64,000 nucleotides of DNA from an uncultured Pseudomonadales bacterium (lineage in GTDB: Bacteria; Pseudomonadota; Gammaproteobacteria; Pseudomonadales; JAUIET01). The notes under the pieces were generated by a model. The model was given only the letters and a program-made list of their open reading frames with translations. It was not told where the DNA came from and did not search any database. The translations under genes were made by a program, and so were the position numbers. Below are positions 23,097-34,176 of the stretch, in pieces; the stretch's first letter is position 1; each line of letters opens with the position of its first letter. Location of the stretch: the NCBI GenBank assembly GCA_964544755.1, contig CAZJDL010000002.1, positions 2,470-66,469 on the forward strand, in the 5' to 3' direction.

Positions 23097-25715
23097 TTAG
23101 AAACCACGACCCAGCGAAAACTGGAACACTTGAGTTTTGTCTTCCCGGCTGTCATTCAGCGGCTTGGCCACGCTAAACGACAGCGGGCCAAAGCCGGTAA
23201 TCCACGTTAGCCCCACTCCTACCGAATAGCGCAGTTCGTCGGCGTCAATGTCGAAGCAGTTGATTTGCGTCACGCCACACTCGGTGTTAAACACGTTACC
23301 GGTGTCGACGAAAAACGCCGACCGCAACGATCGCTGATCTTTAACGAACGGCAGCGGGAACAGTAGCTCGATACCCGCCTCAAGCGACACATTGCCGCCA
23401 AACGGATCCGGATCGTCGGGTACGTCTTGCACAAGCAGCTTTCCAGTTGCAGCATCAAACTGGTAAGCCGCATCCTCGAATGACTGGATAAAGGCGGCCC
23501 CCCGAATGGACGACAGTGGATAATTTCTGGCGGCTGTGCTGCGCGGGCCGAGCGTATTGCTTTTGAAACCCCTTACCGAGCCAAACCCGCCCGAATAAAA
23601 ATTCTTGAAAAACGGTAGTCCTTCAGTGTCGCCATAACCGTCACCGTAGCCCAACTCGGTACGAAAGCGCAAAGTCAACGAACGCCACAGCGGTACAAAG
23701 TATTGCCCATTATAAGTGAGTTTGTAGTACTCAAGATCACTGCCCGGCAGTGAAAATTCCGCTGCAAGGCTCTGGGAAGCGCCGCGGGTCGCCAATTGAC
23801 CGCGGTTCAGGGTTGATTGTGTCCAACTGGCGGTAAGCGGGAACAGGTTGAACTCATCACCTTCACGGTCAAGAAATCCGTTCTGCACGGTGCTGTCTAA
23901 CAAATCTGGCGTGACTGGCGCCGTAACCGCCGGAACTTCGGCTGTTATCACATTGCCGTCATCGTCAAGCTCCGGCGGAATGCGCGGTTCGACGATGTAG
24001 ACATTCACGTTGTCATTCAGCCGCGGACTGCCAATAATCTCCTGCACGGCGAATTGGCCAGTCGAGATCTTGGTGTTGTTGTAACCAAGGCTGAAACCCA
24101 GCCGTTGCGTTTCCTTGATCGGGTAACCAAAACTCACGGTGCCGCCGTAGGTGTCGGTGGAAAACCGCGAGATATTCACTTCGTCCAGATCAGTCGAGCG
24201 AAAGAACAGGCTAAAGCCACGGCTGACGCCGTCTTCGGTGTAATACGGGTTGACGTAGTTGAGGCTGTAATTGGTTTGAAATCTGCTGGTATTGATGCCG
24301 ATACCAACGCGTTTGCCGCTACCCAGAAAGTTGTTCTGTTGAATGTTGGCGCCAATGATAAGTCCCGCATCCTGGGCGAAGCCGATACTGGCGCCAATGC
24401 TGCCCGAAGGCTGTTCCTCTACCGAGTATTCGACATCAACCAAATCGTCGCTGCCCGCCACTTCCGGGGTCTCGACCTCGACCTCTTTAAAAAACCCAAG
24501 CCGTTCGAGGCGCACGCGCGATTGTTCTATTTTCTGCCGCGAAGCCGGCGCCGATTCCATCTGCCGCATTTCGCGGCGCAATACTTCATCGGCGGTTTTG
24601 GTATTACCGCGGTAATCGATACGGCGCACATAGGTGCGCTTACCCGGGTCGACAAAAAACTTGATCGCGACGCTATTGCCTTTATCTTTAATTTCCGGGA
24701 CACCCTTCACTTCCGCGAAAGTATAGCCCTCGTCGCCGAGTCGATTGGTGATGAACTCTTCGGTTCTGGTGACGCGTATCTGCGAGAAACTCTGTTCCGG
24801 CTGGATCAGCAAGTATTTGCGCAGCTCATCTTCCGCGAGAATGATGTCGCCGGAAAGACTGACGTCGTCGACCGTGTATTTCTCACCCTCGGTAATATTC
24901 ACGGTAATGTACACGGCGTCGCGGTCCGGAGTAATCGACACCTGGGTTGACTCAAGATTAAAACGGACGTAGCCGCGATCGCGATAATACGACTCCAGTG
25001 TTTCCAGGTCGCCCGCTAATTTTTCCTTCGAATACTTATCATTACCGGTAATGAAAGACAACCAACCGGTGGTGTTCAATTCCAGTAAATCGGTCAATTC
25101 TTCATCGTCGTACACGGTGTTGCCGACAATATTGATGTGTTTGATCTTCGCGACCGAGCCTTCGTTCACGTTGATATTCACCGCCACCCGGTTACGCGGT
25201 TGCTCATCGATCTCGGATTCAATTTTTGCGTCGTAACGGCCCTGGCTGACATACTGACGCTGCAGTTCCAGTTGCATGCCTTCCAGCGTGGAGCGTTTAA
25301 ACACTCGGCCCACCGCCAGGCCTGAATCTTTTAACCCGTCAAGCAAGGCGTCGGTTTCAATCGCTTTATTGCCTTCAATATTGATTTCACTGATCGATGG
25401 CCTTTCCTTGACGCGCACGACTAACACGTCGCCATCACGCGCCAACTGCAAGTCGTCGAAATTACCGGTCTTGAACAACACCTTCGCACCACTGACCAGG
25501 TCGGCCTGGTCGATCTTTGTGCCGACCGCGATCGGCATGGCATTGAACACGCTGCCCGCCGATATGCGTTGCAAACCTTCAACCCGAATGTCTGACACGG
25601 TAAACGACGTTTGCTTCGGCAATTGAAAAGGCGCCGTTGCCTGCTTGCTCGAGGGCGCTTGTGCGGCTTCCTGTGCCTGCGCCACGCTGGCGAGTAGCAG
25701 CAAAAATACCATCAT
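23097..25715 (-). CDS. bamA: outer membrane protein assembly factor BamA
   Basis: POTRA start FTVSDIRVEGLQRISAGSVF and a C-terminal beta-barrel ending FQFSLGRGF. The start was placed at the internal MMVFLLLLASVAQA signal peptide, but the exact start is uncertain (ORF track: 25799). Confidence 0.93.
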   Translation of the reverse strand: MMVFLLLLASVAQAQEAAQAPSSKQATAPFQLPKQTSFTVSDIRVEGLQRISAGSVFNAMPIAVGTKIDQADLVSGAKVLFKTGNFDDLQLARDGDVLVVRVKERPSISEINIEGNKAIETDALLDGLKDSGLAVGRVFKRSTLEGMQLELQRQYVSQGRYDAKIESEIDEQPRNRVAVNINVNEGSVAKIKHINIVGNTVYDDEELTDLLELNTTGWLSFITGNDKYSKEKLAGDLETLESYYRDRGYVRFNLESTQVSITPDRDAVYITVNITEGEKYTVDDVSLSGDIILAEDELRKYLLIQPEQSFSQIRVTRTEEFITNRLGDEGYTFAEVKGVPEIKDKGNSVAIKFFVDPGKRTYVRRIDYRGNTKTADEVLRREMRQMESAPASRQKIEQSRVRLERLGFFKEVEVETPEVAGSDDLVDVEYSVEEQPSGSIGASIGFAQDAGLIIGANIQQNNFLGSGKRVGIGINTSRFQTNYSLNYVNPYYTEDGVSRGFSLFFRSTDLDEVNISRFSTDTYGGTVSFGYPIKETQRLGFSLGYNNTKISTGQFAVQEIIGSPRLNDNVNVYIVEPRIPPELDDDGNVITAEVPAVTAPVTPDLLDSTVQNGFLDREGDEFNLFPLTASWTQSTLNRGQLATRGASQSLAAEFSLPGSDLEYYKLTYNGQYFVPLWRSLTLRFRTELGYGDGYGDTEGLPFFKNFYSGGFGSVRGFKSNTLGPRSTAARNYPLSSIRGAAFIQSFEDAAYQFDAATGKLLVQDVPDDPDPFGGNVSLEAGIELLFPLPFVKDQRSLRSAFFVDTGNVFNTECGVTQINCFDIDADELRYSVGVGLTWITGFGPLSFSVAKPLNDSREDKTQVFQFSLGRGF

Positions 25716-25829
25716 GCGTCGATAATCTATAACCAATACCACTACCTTAAATTTGCTGACTAAAACCAAATCATCGCCGCGGCCGCTGCGGCGGCGCAAC
25801 TGTTCGATGTCCGGCGGATTTATTACTCG

Positions 25830-27185
25830 TTAAAGACGGGAAAAGTCATTGAAGAACGCTAATAGCATAACGCCAACTATCATCAGCATACCCACCTGCT
25901 GCCCCGCTATTTGTATGCGATCCGACAATGGACTGCCTTTTACCCATTCGATCAGATAAAACAGCAAATGGCCGCCATCAAGGACCGGAATCGGCAGTAA
26001 ATTCAGCACCCCCAGGCTAACGCTCAGCAATGCCAGAAAACCAAGATATGATTGCCAGCCCGACTGTGCCGAATCGCCGGCCACCTTAGCAATGGTTATC
26101 GGGCCACTCAAGTTTTTTGCCGAAATTTGTCCGAGCAGCATTTTCTTGATCGACAACAAGGTAAATTTTGACAACTGCCAGGTGCGCGCAACAGCCGCTT
26201 TAGCGGCACCGAATATCGAATAGTTGTAGTCGCGCAACATATATTCCGGCCACTCGCCTACCTTCGGCGCCACGCCGACACGGCCAATCTCGCGGCCGTC
26301 TTCACCGACCACACGCCGCGGCGTCAGACTAACATTGAGCGATTCGCCGTCGCGCATGATTTGCAAGTCAATGCCCTGTTCGGGGTGCTGCTGCACATAA
26401 TCCACCCATTGATCCCAGCTCTCCATCAGCTGCCCATTGGACCTCACTATTTTATCACCGCGCTTCAAGCCCGCCTGCTCCGCCGCGCTGTTGGGCACGA
26501 TTTCGGCAACCGTTAATTCGACTTTTGGTCTAAACAGCGTCACCCCAAGACCCGCAAACAGGTCGGGTTGCTCCTGCCCTTGCAACCAGTCATTCAGCTC
26601 AGCATCGGCGTCGTAGATCAAATCAGAATCGGGAAATTTTGCACTGATGCTTAGCGTGCCGCTTTCACCGAGGCGCTCCAGCAGACGCAATGACAGCGCC
26701 CGCCGGGTTGGTGTTTCGTGGCCATCGATAGCGACAATTTCCTGCCCGGGTGAAAGGCCCGCCTGGGCAGCCAACGAATCAGGTGCTACCGTGTCAATGA
26801 CCGGCGCTACGCCGCGCTCGCCGGCCAAAAAGACTAACCAGAGCGCGAAAGCCGCAAATATCAGATTTGCCACCGGCCCTGCCAGCACAATTGCAATGCG
26901 CGCATACACCGATTTCTGCGTGAACGCCTGTTCCAGTTCGGCAGCCGCCACTTCACCTTCGCGCTCGTCCAGCATTTTGACGTAACCGCCCAGCGGCAGG
27001 GCGGCGATCACAAACTCAGTGCCTTGCTTGTCGTACCAGCGATACAGCGGCGAACCGAAGCCGATGGAGAAGCGCAAGACTTTGACACCGTTACGCCGCG
27101 CCACCCAAAAATGCCCGTATTCGTGAAACGTGACGAGAATCCCCAGGGTAAAAATGGTGACGACTATGGTTTGCACTATTTCCAA
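25830..27185 (-). CDS. rseP: RIP zinc metalloprotease RseP
   Basis: 451 aa with the HEYGH zinc motif, two PDZ-like regions, and NLLPIPVLDGGH. Confidence 0.95.
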   Translation of the reverse strand: MEIVQTIVVTIFTLGILVTFHEYGHFWVARRNGVKVLRFSIGFGSPLYRWYDKQGTEFVIAALPLGGYVKMLDEREGEVAAAELEQAFTQKSVYARIAIVLAGPVANLIFAAFALWLVFLAGERGVAPVIDTVAPDSLAAQAGLSPGQEIVAIDGHETPTRRALSLRLLERLGESGTLSISAKFPDSDLIYDADAELNDWLQGQEQPDLFAGLGVTLFRPKVELTVAEIVPNSAAEQAGLKRGDKIVRSNGQLMESWDQWVDYVQQHPEQGIDLQIMRDGESLNVSLTPRRVVGEDGREIGRVGVAPKVGEWPEYMLRDYNYSIFGAAKAAVARTWQLSKFTLLSIKKMLLGQISAKNLSGPITIAKVAGDSAQSGWQSYLGFLALLSVSLGVLNLLPIPVLDGGHLLFYLIEWVKGSPLSDRIQIAGQQVGMLMIVGVMLLAFFNDFSRL

Positions 27186-27213
27186 ACGTTCACTCTCCTA
27201 TTAAATCGTCCCG

Positions 27214-28407
27214 TCAAAGCGCTAACGCGGCGGCGTGCTCGATGGCGACCCGTCGAGCGGTTTGATCCTGCTGTTTGACCACTTCCAGGGTTTCCAGTTC
27301 ATAGCTTTCTGTATACGCCAGCGCGTGTTCGATCACCGCTGCAATTGCCGTGAATTTGATTTGTTCACTCAAAAACGCCTGCACCGCGATTTCATTGGCG
27401 GCGTTTAGTATAACAGCGCTGGCCCCACCGGCCGTGGCCGCTTCCCTGGCCAACGCCAGGCAAGGGAAACGTGCATAGTCGGGCACTTCAAAATCCAGTT
27501 GGCCGATGGCAATCAGATCCAGCGGCTCAACACCGGCGTTAACGCGATCTGGCCAGGCCAGGCCGTGGGCGATCGGGGTACGCATATCCGGATTACCCAA
27601 TTGCGCCAGCACCGAGCCGTCGACATATTGCACCAGAGAATGAATGATGCTCTGCGGGTGCAACACAATGTCGATATCAACCGGCTTGGCATTGAATAAC
27701 CAGCAGGCTTCGATCAGTTCAAGCCCTTTGTTCATCATGGTTGCGGAGTCAACCGAGATCTTGCGGCCCATTTGCCAGTTCGGATGGGCAACGGCCTGCT
27801 CGACGCTCATGTGCTGCAGCTCAGGCAGCGGTGTATGACGAAACGGTCCGCCCGACGCGGTGAGAATAATACGTTGTACTTCGGCGGGAAAGCCGCCCGC
27901 CTGATAGGCACCGGGCATACACTGAAAAATGGCGTTATGTTCGCTGTCGATCGGTAGCAAGGTAGCATCGGCGGCACGCACTGCTTGCATAAATTGCCGG
28001 CCGGCCATAACGAGGCTTTCCTTGTTTGCCAACAACACTTTTTTGCCGGCGTGCACTGCCGCCAGCGTCGACTCCAAACCCGCGCTACCCACAATCGCCG
28101 CCATGACCGCGTCGACCTCGCTATGCGCGGCCACGCTGACCAAGCCTTCTTCGCCCGCCAGCACCTCGGTCGGCAGGCCCTGGCTGCGTATTTGCTGTTG
28201 CAGATCGGCTGCCGCCGCTGTGTCGCGCAGCACTGCGTAGCGTGGCTTAAATTCTATGCATTGGCGCAACAGCGCCGCCACGCTGCTGTTGGCAGCCAGC
28301 GCAAACACCCGCCAGCGGTGCGCATGGCGGCGCATCACGGCGAGCGTGTTCTCGCCAATTGAGCCAGTAGACCCCAGAATTGCAACGTTTTGTTGTATTT
28401 CAGTCAC
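27214..28407 (-). CDS. dxr: 1-deoxy-D-xylulose 5-phosphate reductoisomerase
   Basis: 397 aa with [21 protein letters not shown] and [23 protein letters not shown]. Confidence 0.97.
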   Translation of the reverse strand: MTEIQQNVAILGSTGSIGENTLAVMRRHAHRWRVFALAANSSVAALLRQCIEFKPRYAVLRDTAAAADLQQQIRSQGLPTEVLAGEEGLVSVAAHSEVDAVMAAIVGSAGLESTLAAVHAGKKVLLANKESLVMAGRQFMQAVRAADATLLPIDSEHNAIFQCMPGAYQAGGFPAEVQRIILTASGGPFRHTPLPELQHMSVEQAVAHPNWQMGRKISVDSATMMNKGLELIEACWLFNAKPVDIDIVLHPQSIIHSLVQYVDGSVLAQLGNPDMRTPIAHGLAWPDRVNAGVEPLDLIAIGQLDFEVPDYARFPCLALAREAATAGGASAVILNAANEIAVQAFLSEQIKFTAIAAVIEHALAYTESYELETLEVVKQQDQTARRVAIEHAAALAL

Positions 28408-28413
28408 GTACTA

Positions 28414-29244
28414 TCACCAATCCGTTAAAATTGCACAGAGGGCAAATATTGGCGCGGCGGCGGTCAGGCTGTCGAGCCGGTCGAGCACACCCCCGTGACC
28501 CGGTAGCGCCGTACCGCTGTCTTTTACACCACGATGGCGCTTGAGCATGCTTTCCAGCAGATCACCCAGTACCGATGCCAGCGCGGTAAGCACGCTAATG
28601 ACCGCCAGCGTCAGCATCGACATCGCCGCCCAAGGCTGAAAACTGCCGACCACCGTCGCCAACAGCAAGGCGCTGACCAGCCCGCCGGCAAGGCCTGCCC
28701 AGGACTTTCCCGGACTGACCCGCGCCGCCAGCTTGCGTTTACCAAACGCACGGCCGGCAAAGTAGGCGCCAATGTCAGCTGCAGCGACCACCGCCGCCAG
28801 ATAGATAATCAACCAGATCTCGTAGCCGATCCCGCGCAAGTAGGCCACGGCAAGCCAGGCCGGCGCCAGCACCAACACACCCATCAATGCCCGCACAGCT
28901 TGCGATCCCCACAACTGCGCACTGGCCGGATAACTCTGAACCCACAGCAGTGCAACGGCCCACCAGACACAGGCGGCACCCAACATCTGCCGGGTACGCG
29001 CCGCATCCCACACGCCGAACGTGCCACAGTACAGCCCCAACAGGACGAGCAGCAGTGCAAACAAAGCAAGATAAGCAAGCTTGGCGGGTAACTCAGTGAA
29101 ACCGCACAAATTCGCCCACTCCCAGCTGGCTAACAGGAATATGGCGGCAGCCATAACATTAAACGGCCCGGCGGGCAAGAGTAAGGCGCTACCCCCCAGT
29201 ATGAATAGCAGTAACAAACCGGTGATAACACGTTGTTTAAGCAA
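28414..29244 (-). CDS. cdsA: phosphatidate cytidylyltransferase
   Basis: (M)LKQRVITGLLLL starts at TTG 29244, overlapping the uppS stop by 8 nt. C-terminal CTP-transferase signature SMLKRHRGVKDSGTALPGHGGVLDRLDS. The 384-aa ORF-track version overlaps most of uppS out of frame. Confidence 0.9.
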   Translation of the reverse strand: MLKQRVITGLLLLFILGGSALLLPAGPFNVMAAAIFLLASWEWANLCGFTELPAKLAYLALFALLLVLLGLYCGTFGVWDAARTRQMLGAACVWWAVALLWVQSYPASAQLWGSQAVRALMGVLVLAPAWLAVAYLRGIGYEIWLIIYLAAVVAAADIGAYFAGRAFGKRKLAARVSPGKSWAGLAGGLVSALLLATVVGSFQPWAAMSMLTLAVISVLTALASVLGDLLESMLKRHRGVKDSGTALPGHGGVLDRLDSLTAAAPIFALCAILTDW

Positions 29245-29995
29245 GGTTTTGCACTTGCTCGCCTGAGCGGCCAAAGCGGCGTTGGCGACCGGCATAGTCA
29301 CGCAGGGCTGTGTCGAAATCCTGGGTGCTGAAATCGGGCCAGTAGGCCTCGGTAAAATACAGCTCACTATAGGCAAACTGCCACAGTAAAAAATTGCTGA
29401 TGCGATGATCGCCCCCGGTACGAATGCACAAATCAGGCTTGGGCAGATCATGCAAACAGGTATGCTGATCAACGAGTTCGGGGGTGATCTCATCCAATGC
29501 CAGCTGTCCGTGCATTGCTTTAGCGGCAATTTGTTTGGCGGCTTCGACGATATCCCATTGCCCGCCATAGTCGGCGGCGATCACCAGCGTTCGCGCATGG
29601 AACTGCGCCGTTCTCTGTTCCGCGCCTTCGATCAAGCGCAGTAGTTTGTTGCTGAAGCGGCGACGGTCACCGATCACCCGTAGCCTTACTTCCTTGTCGA
29701 CAAGCTTGTCAATTTCTTGCTTAAGGTAGGTTTGAAACAGAAGCATCAGGGCGTCGACTTCGAGCTTCGGGCGCCGCCAGTTTTCGCTGCTGAAGGCAAA
29801 CAAGGTCAGCACTTCAATACCGTAATCGCCGCAGGCCTCGAGCACGCTGCGCACTCTTTCGACGCCGGCCTTGTGGCCGGCCGAACCCGGCAACCGGCGC
29901 TGCCTGGCCCAGCGGTTATTGCCGTCCATGATAATTGCGACGTGGCGCGGCATATTGTGCGGTTCCACGGCGGAATTGCTGTCTAATGCTGACAT
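29237..29995 (-). CDS. uppS: di-trans,poly-cis-undecaprenyl-diphosphate synthase
   Basis: 252 aa with HVAIIMDGNNRWA and FSSENWRRP. Confidence 0.96.
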   Translation of the reverse strand: MSALDSNSAVEPHNMPRHVAIIMDGNNRWARQRRLPGSAGHKAGVERVRSVLEACGDYGIEVLTLFAFSSENWRRPKLEVDALMLLFQTYLKQEIDKLVDKEVRLRVIGDRRRFSNKLLRLIEGAEQRTAQFHARTLVIAADYGGQWDIVEAAKQIAAKAMHGQLALDEITPELVDQHTCLHDLPKPDLCIRTGGDHRISNFLLWQFAYSELYFTEAYWPDFSTQDFDTALRDYAGRQRRFGRSGEQVQNLA

Positions 29996-30039
29996 GCGCG
30001 TTCAACCAGAAGTGCGTACTGCCGAACGGAAATGCGGCG

Positions 30040-30597
30040 TTATATCTCGATTAAGTCTTCTTCTTTGGCTGCCAGGGCTTTTTCCACCTCGGCAACAAAC
30101 CGATCCGTCAGCTTTTGAATCGAATCTTCCGCGCGGTGTTCTTCGTCTTCGCCGATTTCTTTGTCTTTCAGCAGGCCTTTGACATCGCCCATCGCGTCGC
30201 GGCGTATATTGCGAATCGAAACGCGCGTATTCTCCGCCTCCTGCTTGGCCTGGCGAATAAAAACCTTGCGCGTTTCTTCGGTCAGCGCGGGCATCGGAAT
30301 ACGAATCAAATTACCGCTGGTAGCCGGATTCAAACCCAAATCGGATTTTAGTATGGCTTTTTCAATATCCGGCACCAGCTGCTTCTCCCAGGGCGAAAGC
30401 GCCAGCGTGCGCGCGTCTTCAACGTTGATGTTGGCGACCTGATTGAGCGGCGTCTCGGTACCGTAATAATCGATTTTGATACCGTCCAAAATGCTCGGGT
30501 GCGCCCTGCCCGTGCGAATGCGGTTAAAAGCGGCAGACAGCGCATCCAAACTTTTTTGCATGCGCTGTCGCGCATCGCTTGAAATTTCATTGATCAC
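30040..30597 (-). CDS. frr: ribosome recycling factor
   Basis: The GTG at 30597 is preceded by GGAG. (M)INEISSDARQRMQKSLDALSAAFNRIRTGRAHPSILD gives 185 aa. Confidence 0.95.
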   Translation of the reverse strand: MINEISSDARQRMQKSLDALSAAFNRIRTGRAHPSILDGIKIDYYGTETPLNQVANINVEDARTLALSPWEKQLVPDIEKAILKSDLGLNPATSGNLIRIPMPALTEETRKVFIRQAKQEAENTRVSIRNIRRDAMGDVKGLLKDKEIGEDEEHRAEDSIQKLTDRFVAEVEKALAAKEEDLIEI

Positions 30598-30614
30598 AAT
30601 TGTTCTCCATAGCT

Positions 30615-31346
30615 TTATTCTATGACGGTGCCTTCTGATCCACCCATCACGATGCTCAACAATGCGCCTGCCTTGGCCATTTTGAATACACGCACCAGCA
30701 TATTGTGGTCGCGACAGAGGCAAATCGCGGTAAGATCCATGACCCCCAGTTTTTGCTCCAACACTTGATCGTAACTAAGCCGTTCGTAGCGGCTAGCGCT
30801 TGGGTCCTGAATAGGATCGGCCGAATAGACGCCGTCAACCTTGGTGGCTTTTAGCACCAGTTCGGCTTCTATTTCGATGGCACGCAAACAGGCGGCGGAG
30901 TCGGTGGTGAAAAACGGGTTACCGGTGCCAGCACAGAAAACAACAACGTCGCCCGTCTCCAGATAACGCATGGCCTGGCGGCGGTCGTAATGGTCGACCA
31001 CACCACTCATGGGAATGGCCGACAGTATACGGCTGGCAATGTTGGAGCGCTCGAGCGCATCGCGCATCGCCAGCCCGTTCATCACAGTCGCCAGCATACC
31101 CATATGATCGCCGGTGACACGATCCATGCCAGCCGCTTGCAAGGCCGCGCCGCGAAACAAATTGCCACCGCCAATCACGAGACCAACTTGCACGCCAATG
31201 CCGACTAACTGGCCGATTTCCAGCGCCATGCGGTCGAGCACTTTCGGATCTATGCCGAAGTTCTCGTCACCCATCAGCGCCTCGCCACTCAACTTGAGCA
31301 GGATGCGCTTGTATTTCCGATCTTTGCCTGGCTGGGTCATGGTCAC
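30615..31346 (-). CDS. pyrH: UMP kinase
   Basis: 243 aa with [13 protein letters not shown] and IGGGNLFRG. Confidence 0.97.
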   Translation of the reverse strand: MTMTQPGKDRKYKRILLKLSGEALMGDENFGIDPKVLDRMALEIGQLVGIGVQVGLVIGGGNLFRGAALQAAGMDRVTGDHMGMLATVMNGLAMRDALERSNIASRILSAIPMSGVVDHYDRRQAMRYLETGDVVVFCAGTGNPFFTTDSAACLRAIEIEAELVLKATKVDGVYSADPIQDPSASRYERLSYDQVLEQKLGVMDLTAICLCRDHNMLVRVFKMAKAGALLSIVMGGSEGTVIE

Positions 31347-31357
31347 TACTTTGCTAA

Positions 31358-32227
31358 CTACTCGGTTTTGAGCTGCGCGGCAACTTCTTCGGCGAAATCC
31401 ACCTCTTCCTTTTCGATGCCTTCACCCACTTCAAAGCGCTGGAAGCTCAACACCTTCGCACCGGCCTTTTCTACCAGCTTGCCCACTTTGACGTCGGGAT
31501 CCTTGACAAACGGCTGTTCAGTGAGGCTGGCCTCGGCCAGAAACTTGCGCACCCGACCCTCAACCATTTTTTCGACGATCTCTGCCGGTTTGCCGCTGTT
31601 TTGCGCTTGCACAGTATAAATTTCACGCTCTTTGGCAATCAGGTCCTGCGCTACTTCATCCGGACTCACAAACTGGCTGTTCATCGCCGCTATATGCATA
31701 GCGACATCACGCGCCAGTTCAGGGTTGCCGCCTTGCAGGACGGTGACAACCGCAATTCTTTTGTTACCGTGGACATAGCTGCCGACCACACCGTTGTCAG
31801 CGGTCGCGCGATGCAAGCGGCGCACCGAAATATTTTCCCCGATTTTTTGTACCAACGCTTCGCGTTTGGATTCGAGCCCGGCGTCCATCAGCGCGCCGAT
31901 CGTTGTGGCAGTGCCGTCGAATGCGGCGTCCAGTACGGCGTTAACGAAACCCAAAAAATTGTCGTCGCGGGCAACGAAGTCGGTTTCGCTATTGACCTCG
32001 AGCAAGACTGCTTTGCTATTGTCATCGGCAATTTTAATCGCAACGACGCCGTCGGCCGCCGTGCGACCCGATTTTTTAGCGGCCTTCATACCGCTGGACT
32101 TGCGCAAATCTTCAATCGCCTGCTCGATGTCGCCACCGGCGGCTGCTAGTGCATTTTTGCAGTCCATCATCGGCAGACCGGTGCGCTCACGCAGTTCCTT
32201 TACAAGTGCTGGTTTCACCTTGGTCAT
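31358..32227 (-). CDS. tsf: translation elongation factor Ts
   Basis: 289 aa with [19 protein letters not shown]. Confidence 0.97.
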   Translation of the reverse strand: MTKVKPALVKELRERTGLPMMDCKNALAAAGGDIEQAIEDLRKSSGMKAAKKSGRTAADGVVAIKIADDNSKAVLLEVNSETDFVARDDNFLGFVNAVLDAAFDGTATTIGALMDAGLESKREALVQKIGENISVRRLHRATADNGVVGSYVHGNKRIAVVTVLQGGNPELARDVAMHIAAMNSQFVSPDEVAQDLIAKEREIYTVQAQNSGKPAEIVEKMVEGRVRKFLAEASLTEQPFVKDPDVKVGKLVEKAGAKVLSFQRFEVGEGIEKEEVDFAEEVAAQLKTE

Positions 32228-32316
32228 TCTTTAATCGTCCTCCACTTGTGACGAGCAATGGATGCTTTGTGGGCAACCTGGATATGTTTCGCCGCGACCG
32301 GCGGGCTTTATATAGG

Positions 32317-32340
32317 AAAAGGGGGCCACGCCCCCTTTCT
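32317..32340 (-). terminator. GC-rich hairpin plus U-tract between rpsB and tsf (intrinsic terminator/attenuator)
   Basis: On the minus strand the sequence reads AGAAA-GGGGGC-GUG-GCCCCC-UUUUCC (stem 32321-32326 / 32330-32335). An rpsB-tsf attenuator is known in E. coli. Confidence 0.55.
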
Positions 32341-32360
32341 TATTGTGAAGAGCTGGCTGA

Positions 32361-33119
32361 CTATTGCTCCACGGCTTGTTCTTCCGCGCTGCTGTCAACC
32401 TCAACAAATTCGTCTTTGCTGCTAACACCCATCGTTTCGCCTTTGCCTTCGACACAAGCATCCGCAACCGCGGTGACGAACAATTTGACCGAGCGAATCG
32501 CGTCGTCATTGCCCGGAATCACGTAATCGATTCCGTCCGGGTTACTGTTGCTGTCAACGATGCCAATAACGGGAATGCCCAACTTGTTCGCTTCGGTGAC
32601 CGCAATGCGCTCATGGTCAACGTCAACCACAAACAAGGCGTCGGGCAAGCCGCCCATATCCTTGATGCCGCCGATACTGCGTTCCAGTTTTTCCTTGGCG
32701 CGTAAACGCATCAAAGCTTCTTTTTTGGTGATTTTTTCAAAGGTGCCGTCGGCTTCCTGCGCTTCCAGCTCGCGATAGCGTTTGATCGACGCGCGGATCG
32801 TCTTGTAGTTGGTCAGCATGCCGCCAAGCCAGCGATGGCTAACGTAAGGCATGCTTACCCGTTCGGCCTCTTCTTTGATGATTTTCCCGGCCGCGCGCTT
32901 GGTGCCAACAAACAGTATTTTGTTGTTGTTTTGCGCCAGTTGTTTGACGAAGGCAAAGGCCTCGTTGGCAGCCGGAACCGTGTGTTCCAGATTGATGATG
33001 TGGATCTTGTTGCGCGCGCCGAAGATGTATTGCGCCATCTTCGGGTTCCAATAGCGCGTTTGGTGTCCAAAATGAACGCCAGCTTGCAACATGTCGCGCA
33101 TGCTGATAATAGTAGTCAT
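32361..33119 (-). CDS. rpsB: 30S ribosomal protein S2
   Basis: 252 aa with [22 protein letters not shown]. Confidence 0.97.
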   Translation of the reverse strand: MTTIISMRDMLQAGVHFGHQTRYWNPKMAQYIFGARNKIHIINLEHTVPAANEAFAFVKQLAQNNNKILFVGTKRAAGKIIKEEAERVSMPYVSHRWLGGMLTNYKTIRASIKRYRELEAQEADGTFEKITKKEALMRLRAKEKLERSIGGIKDMGGLPDALFVVDVDHERIAVTEANKLGIPVIGIVDSNSNPDGIDYVIPGNDDAIRSVKLFVTAVADACVEGKGETMGVSSKDEFVEVDSSAEEQAVEQ

Positions 33120-33248
33120 GTAAAATTCCTGTAGGGTTATGCCTCCACATATCCCATACGCCTACCCGGCTGCAGTTATACTGCGCCCAGGCACCCAAGC
33201 CCATGTGACGATATGTGTGTGTCGTTGCGGTTGAATAAGTGCGCGCGC

Positions 33249-33257
33249 TTTATACCA
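33249..33257 (-). promoter_or_regulatory. extended -10 promoter element TGGTATAAA for rpsB-tsf
   Basis: The reverse complement of 33249-33257 is TGGTATAAA (TGnTATAAa). It lies about 130 nt upstream of the rpsB ATG and resembles the conserved gammaproteobacterial rpsB extended -10 promoter (recalled). Confidence 0.45.
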
Positions 33258-33400
33258 TAAGCCAGTGGCGACTTAAAGGTTTGCGCGTTGAAAGCCCGCA
33301 ATATTGTAAAAACCCGGTTATAATGTCACCGTTAGTTACAGTGGTGGTTGTCGATATGATACTCCCGCCAATTCAAGGTCATTGTTTAGAGTTCCCCTTC

Positions 33401-34174
33401 ATGCAAGCAGGCATTAAATCGCCGGAAGAAGTTAATAAGATGCGCGTGGCTGGCCGGCTGGCCGCTGACGTGCTGGAAATGATCACGCCGCATGTTGTGC
33501 CAGGTATTAGCACCGGCGAGCTGGATCGTATTTGTCATGCTTATATCGTCGACGAACTAGATGCTATTCCCGCGCCGCTTAACTATAAGGGCTTTCCGAA
33601 GTCAATTTGCACGTCGGTCAACCAGGTGATCTGCCATGGTATTCCGGCCGATAAAAAACACCTGCGTGACGGCGATATTATCAACATTGATATTACCGTT
33701 ATCAAGGACAGTTACCATGGCGATACCAGCAAGATGTTTGCGGTCGGCAAGGTGGCCAGCCATGCAAAGCGGCTGATGCGTATTACGCAGGAAAGCCTGT
33801 ATAAGGCCATCGAGCTGGTTCGCCCAGGCACTCATCTGGGCGATGTCGGCCATGTTATTCAAACCTACGCTGAAGCTAATTACTACTCGGTTGTGCGCGA
33901 ATACTGCGGCCACGGCATCGGCCGCGCGTTTCATGAAGAGCCTCAGGTGCTGCACTATGGCCGCCCGGGCACCGGCCTGGAATTGCGTGAAGGCATGACC
34001 TTTACCATAGAACCCATGCTGAACGCCGGTAAACGGCACACCAAGCTGTCGAAGAAAGACGGCTGGACCGTTGAGACCAAAGACGGACGCCTCTCGGCGC
34101 AGTGGGAACATACGCTTGTAGTGACCGCGACTGGCTGCGATGTGCTTACTGCACGTCGCGACGAACCGTTCTAG
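33401..34174 (+). CDS. map: type I methionine aminopeptidase
   Basis: Starts at the internal ATG 33401: MQAGIKSPEEVNKMRVAGRLAADVLE. Metal ligands lie in DIINIDIT..., HGIG and EPM contexts. 257 aa. Confidence 0.95.
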   Translation: MQAGIKSPEEVNKMRVAGRLAADVLEMITPHVVPGISTGELDRICHAYIVDELDAIPAPLNYKGFPKSICTSVNQVICHGIPADKKHLRDGDIINIDITVIKDSYHGDTSKMFAVGKVASHAKRLMRITQESLYKAIELVRPGTHLGDVGHVIQTYAEANYYSVVREYCGHGIGRAFHEEPQVLHYGRPGTGLELREGMTFTIEPMLNAGKRHTKLSKKDGWTVETKDGRLSAQWEHTLVVTATGCDVLTARRDEPF

Positions 34175-34176
34175 CA

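Noticed and set aside
28414-29568. Long N-terminal extensions in the ORF track: cdsA 384 aa, frr 227 aa, era 399 aa, bamA 900 aa, map 311 aa, glnD 924 aa, rpsP 122 aa, lpxA 284 aa.
   Set aside because: The extensions overlap upstream genes and lack similarity to the known protein N-termini. Internal starts with an RBS or translational coupling reproduce the canonical lengths.
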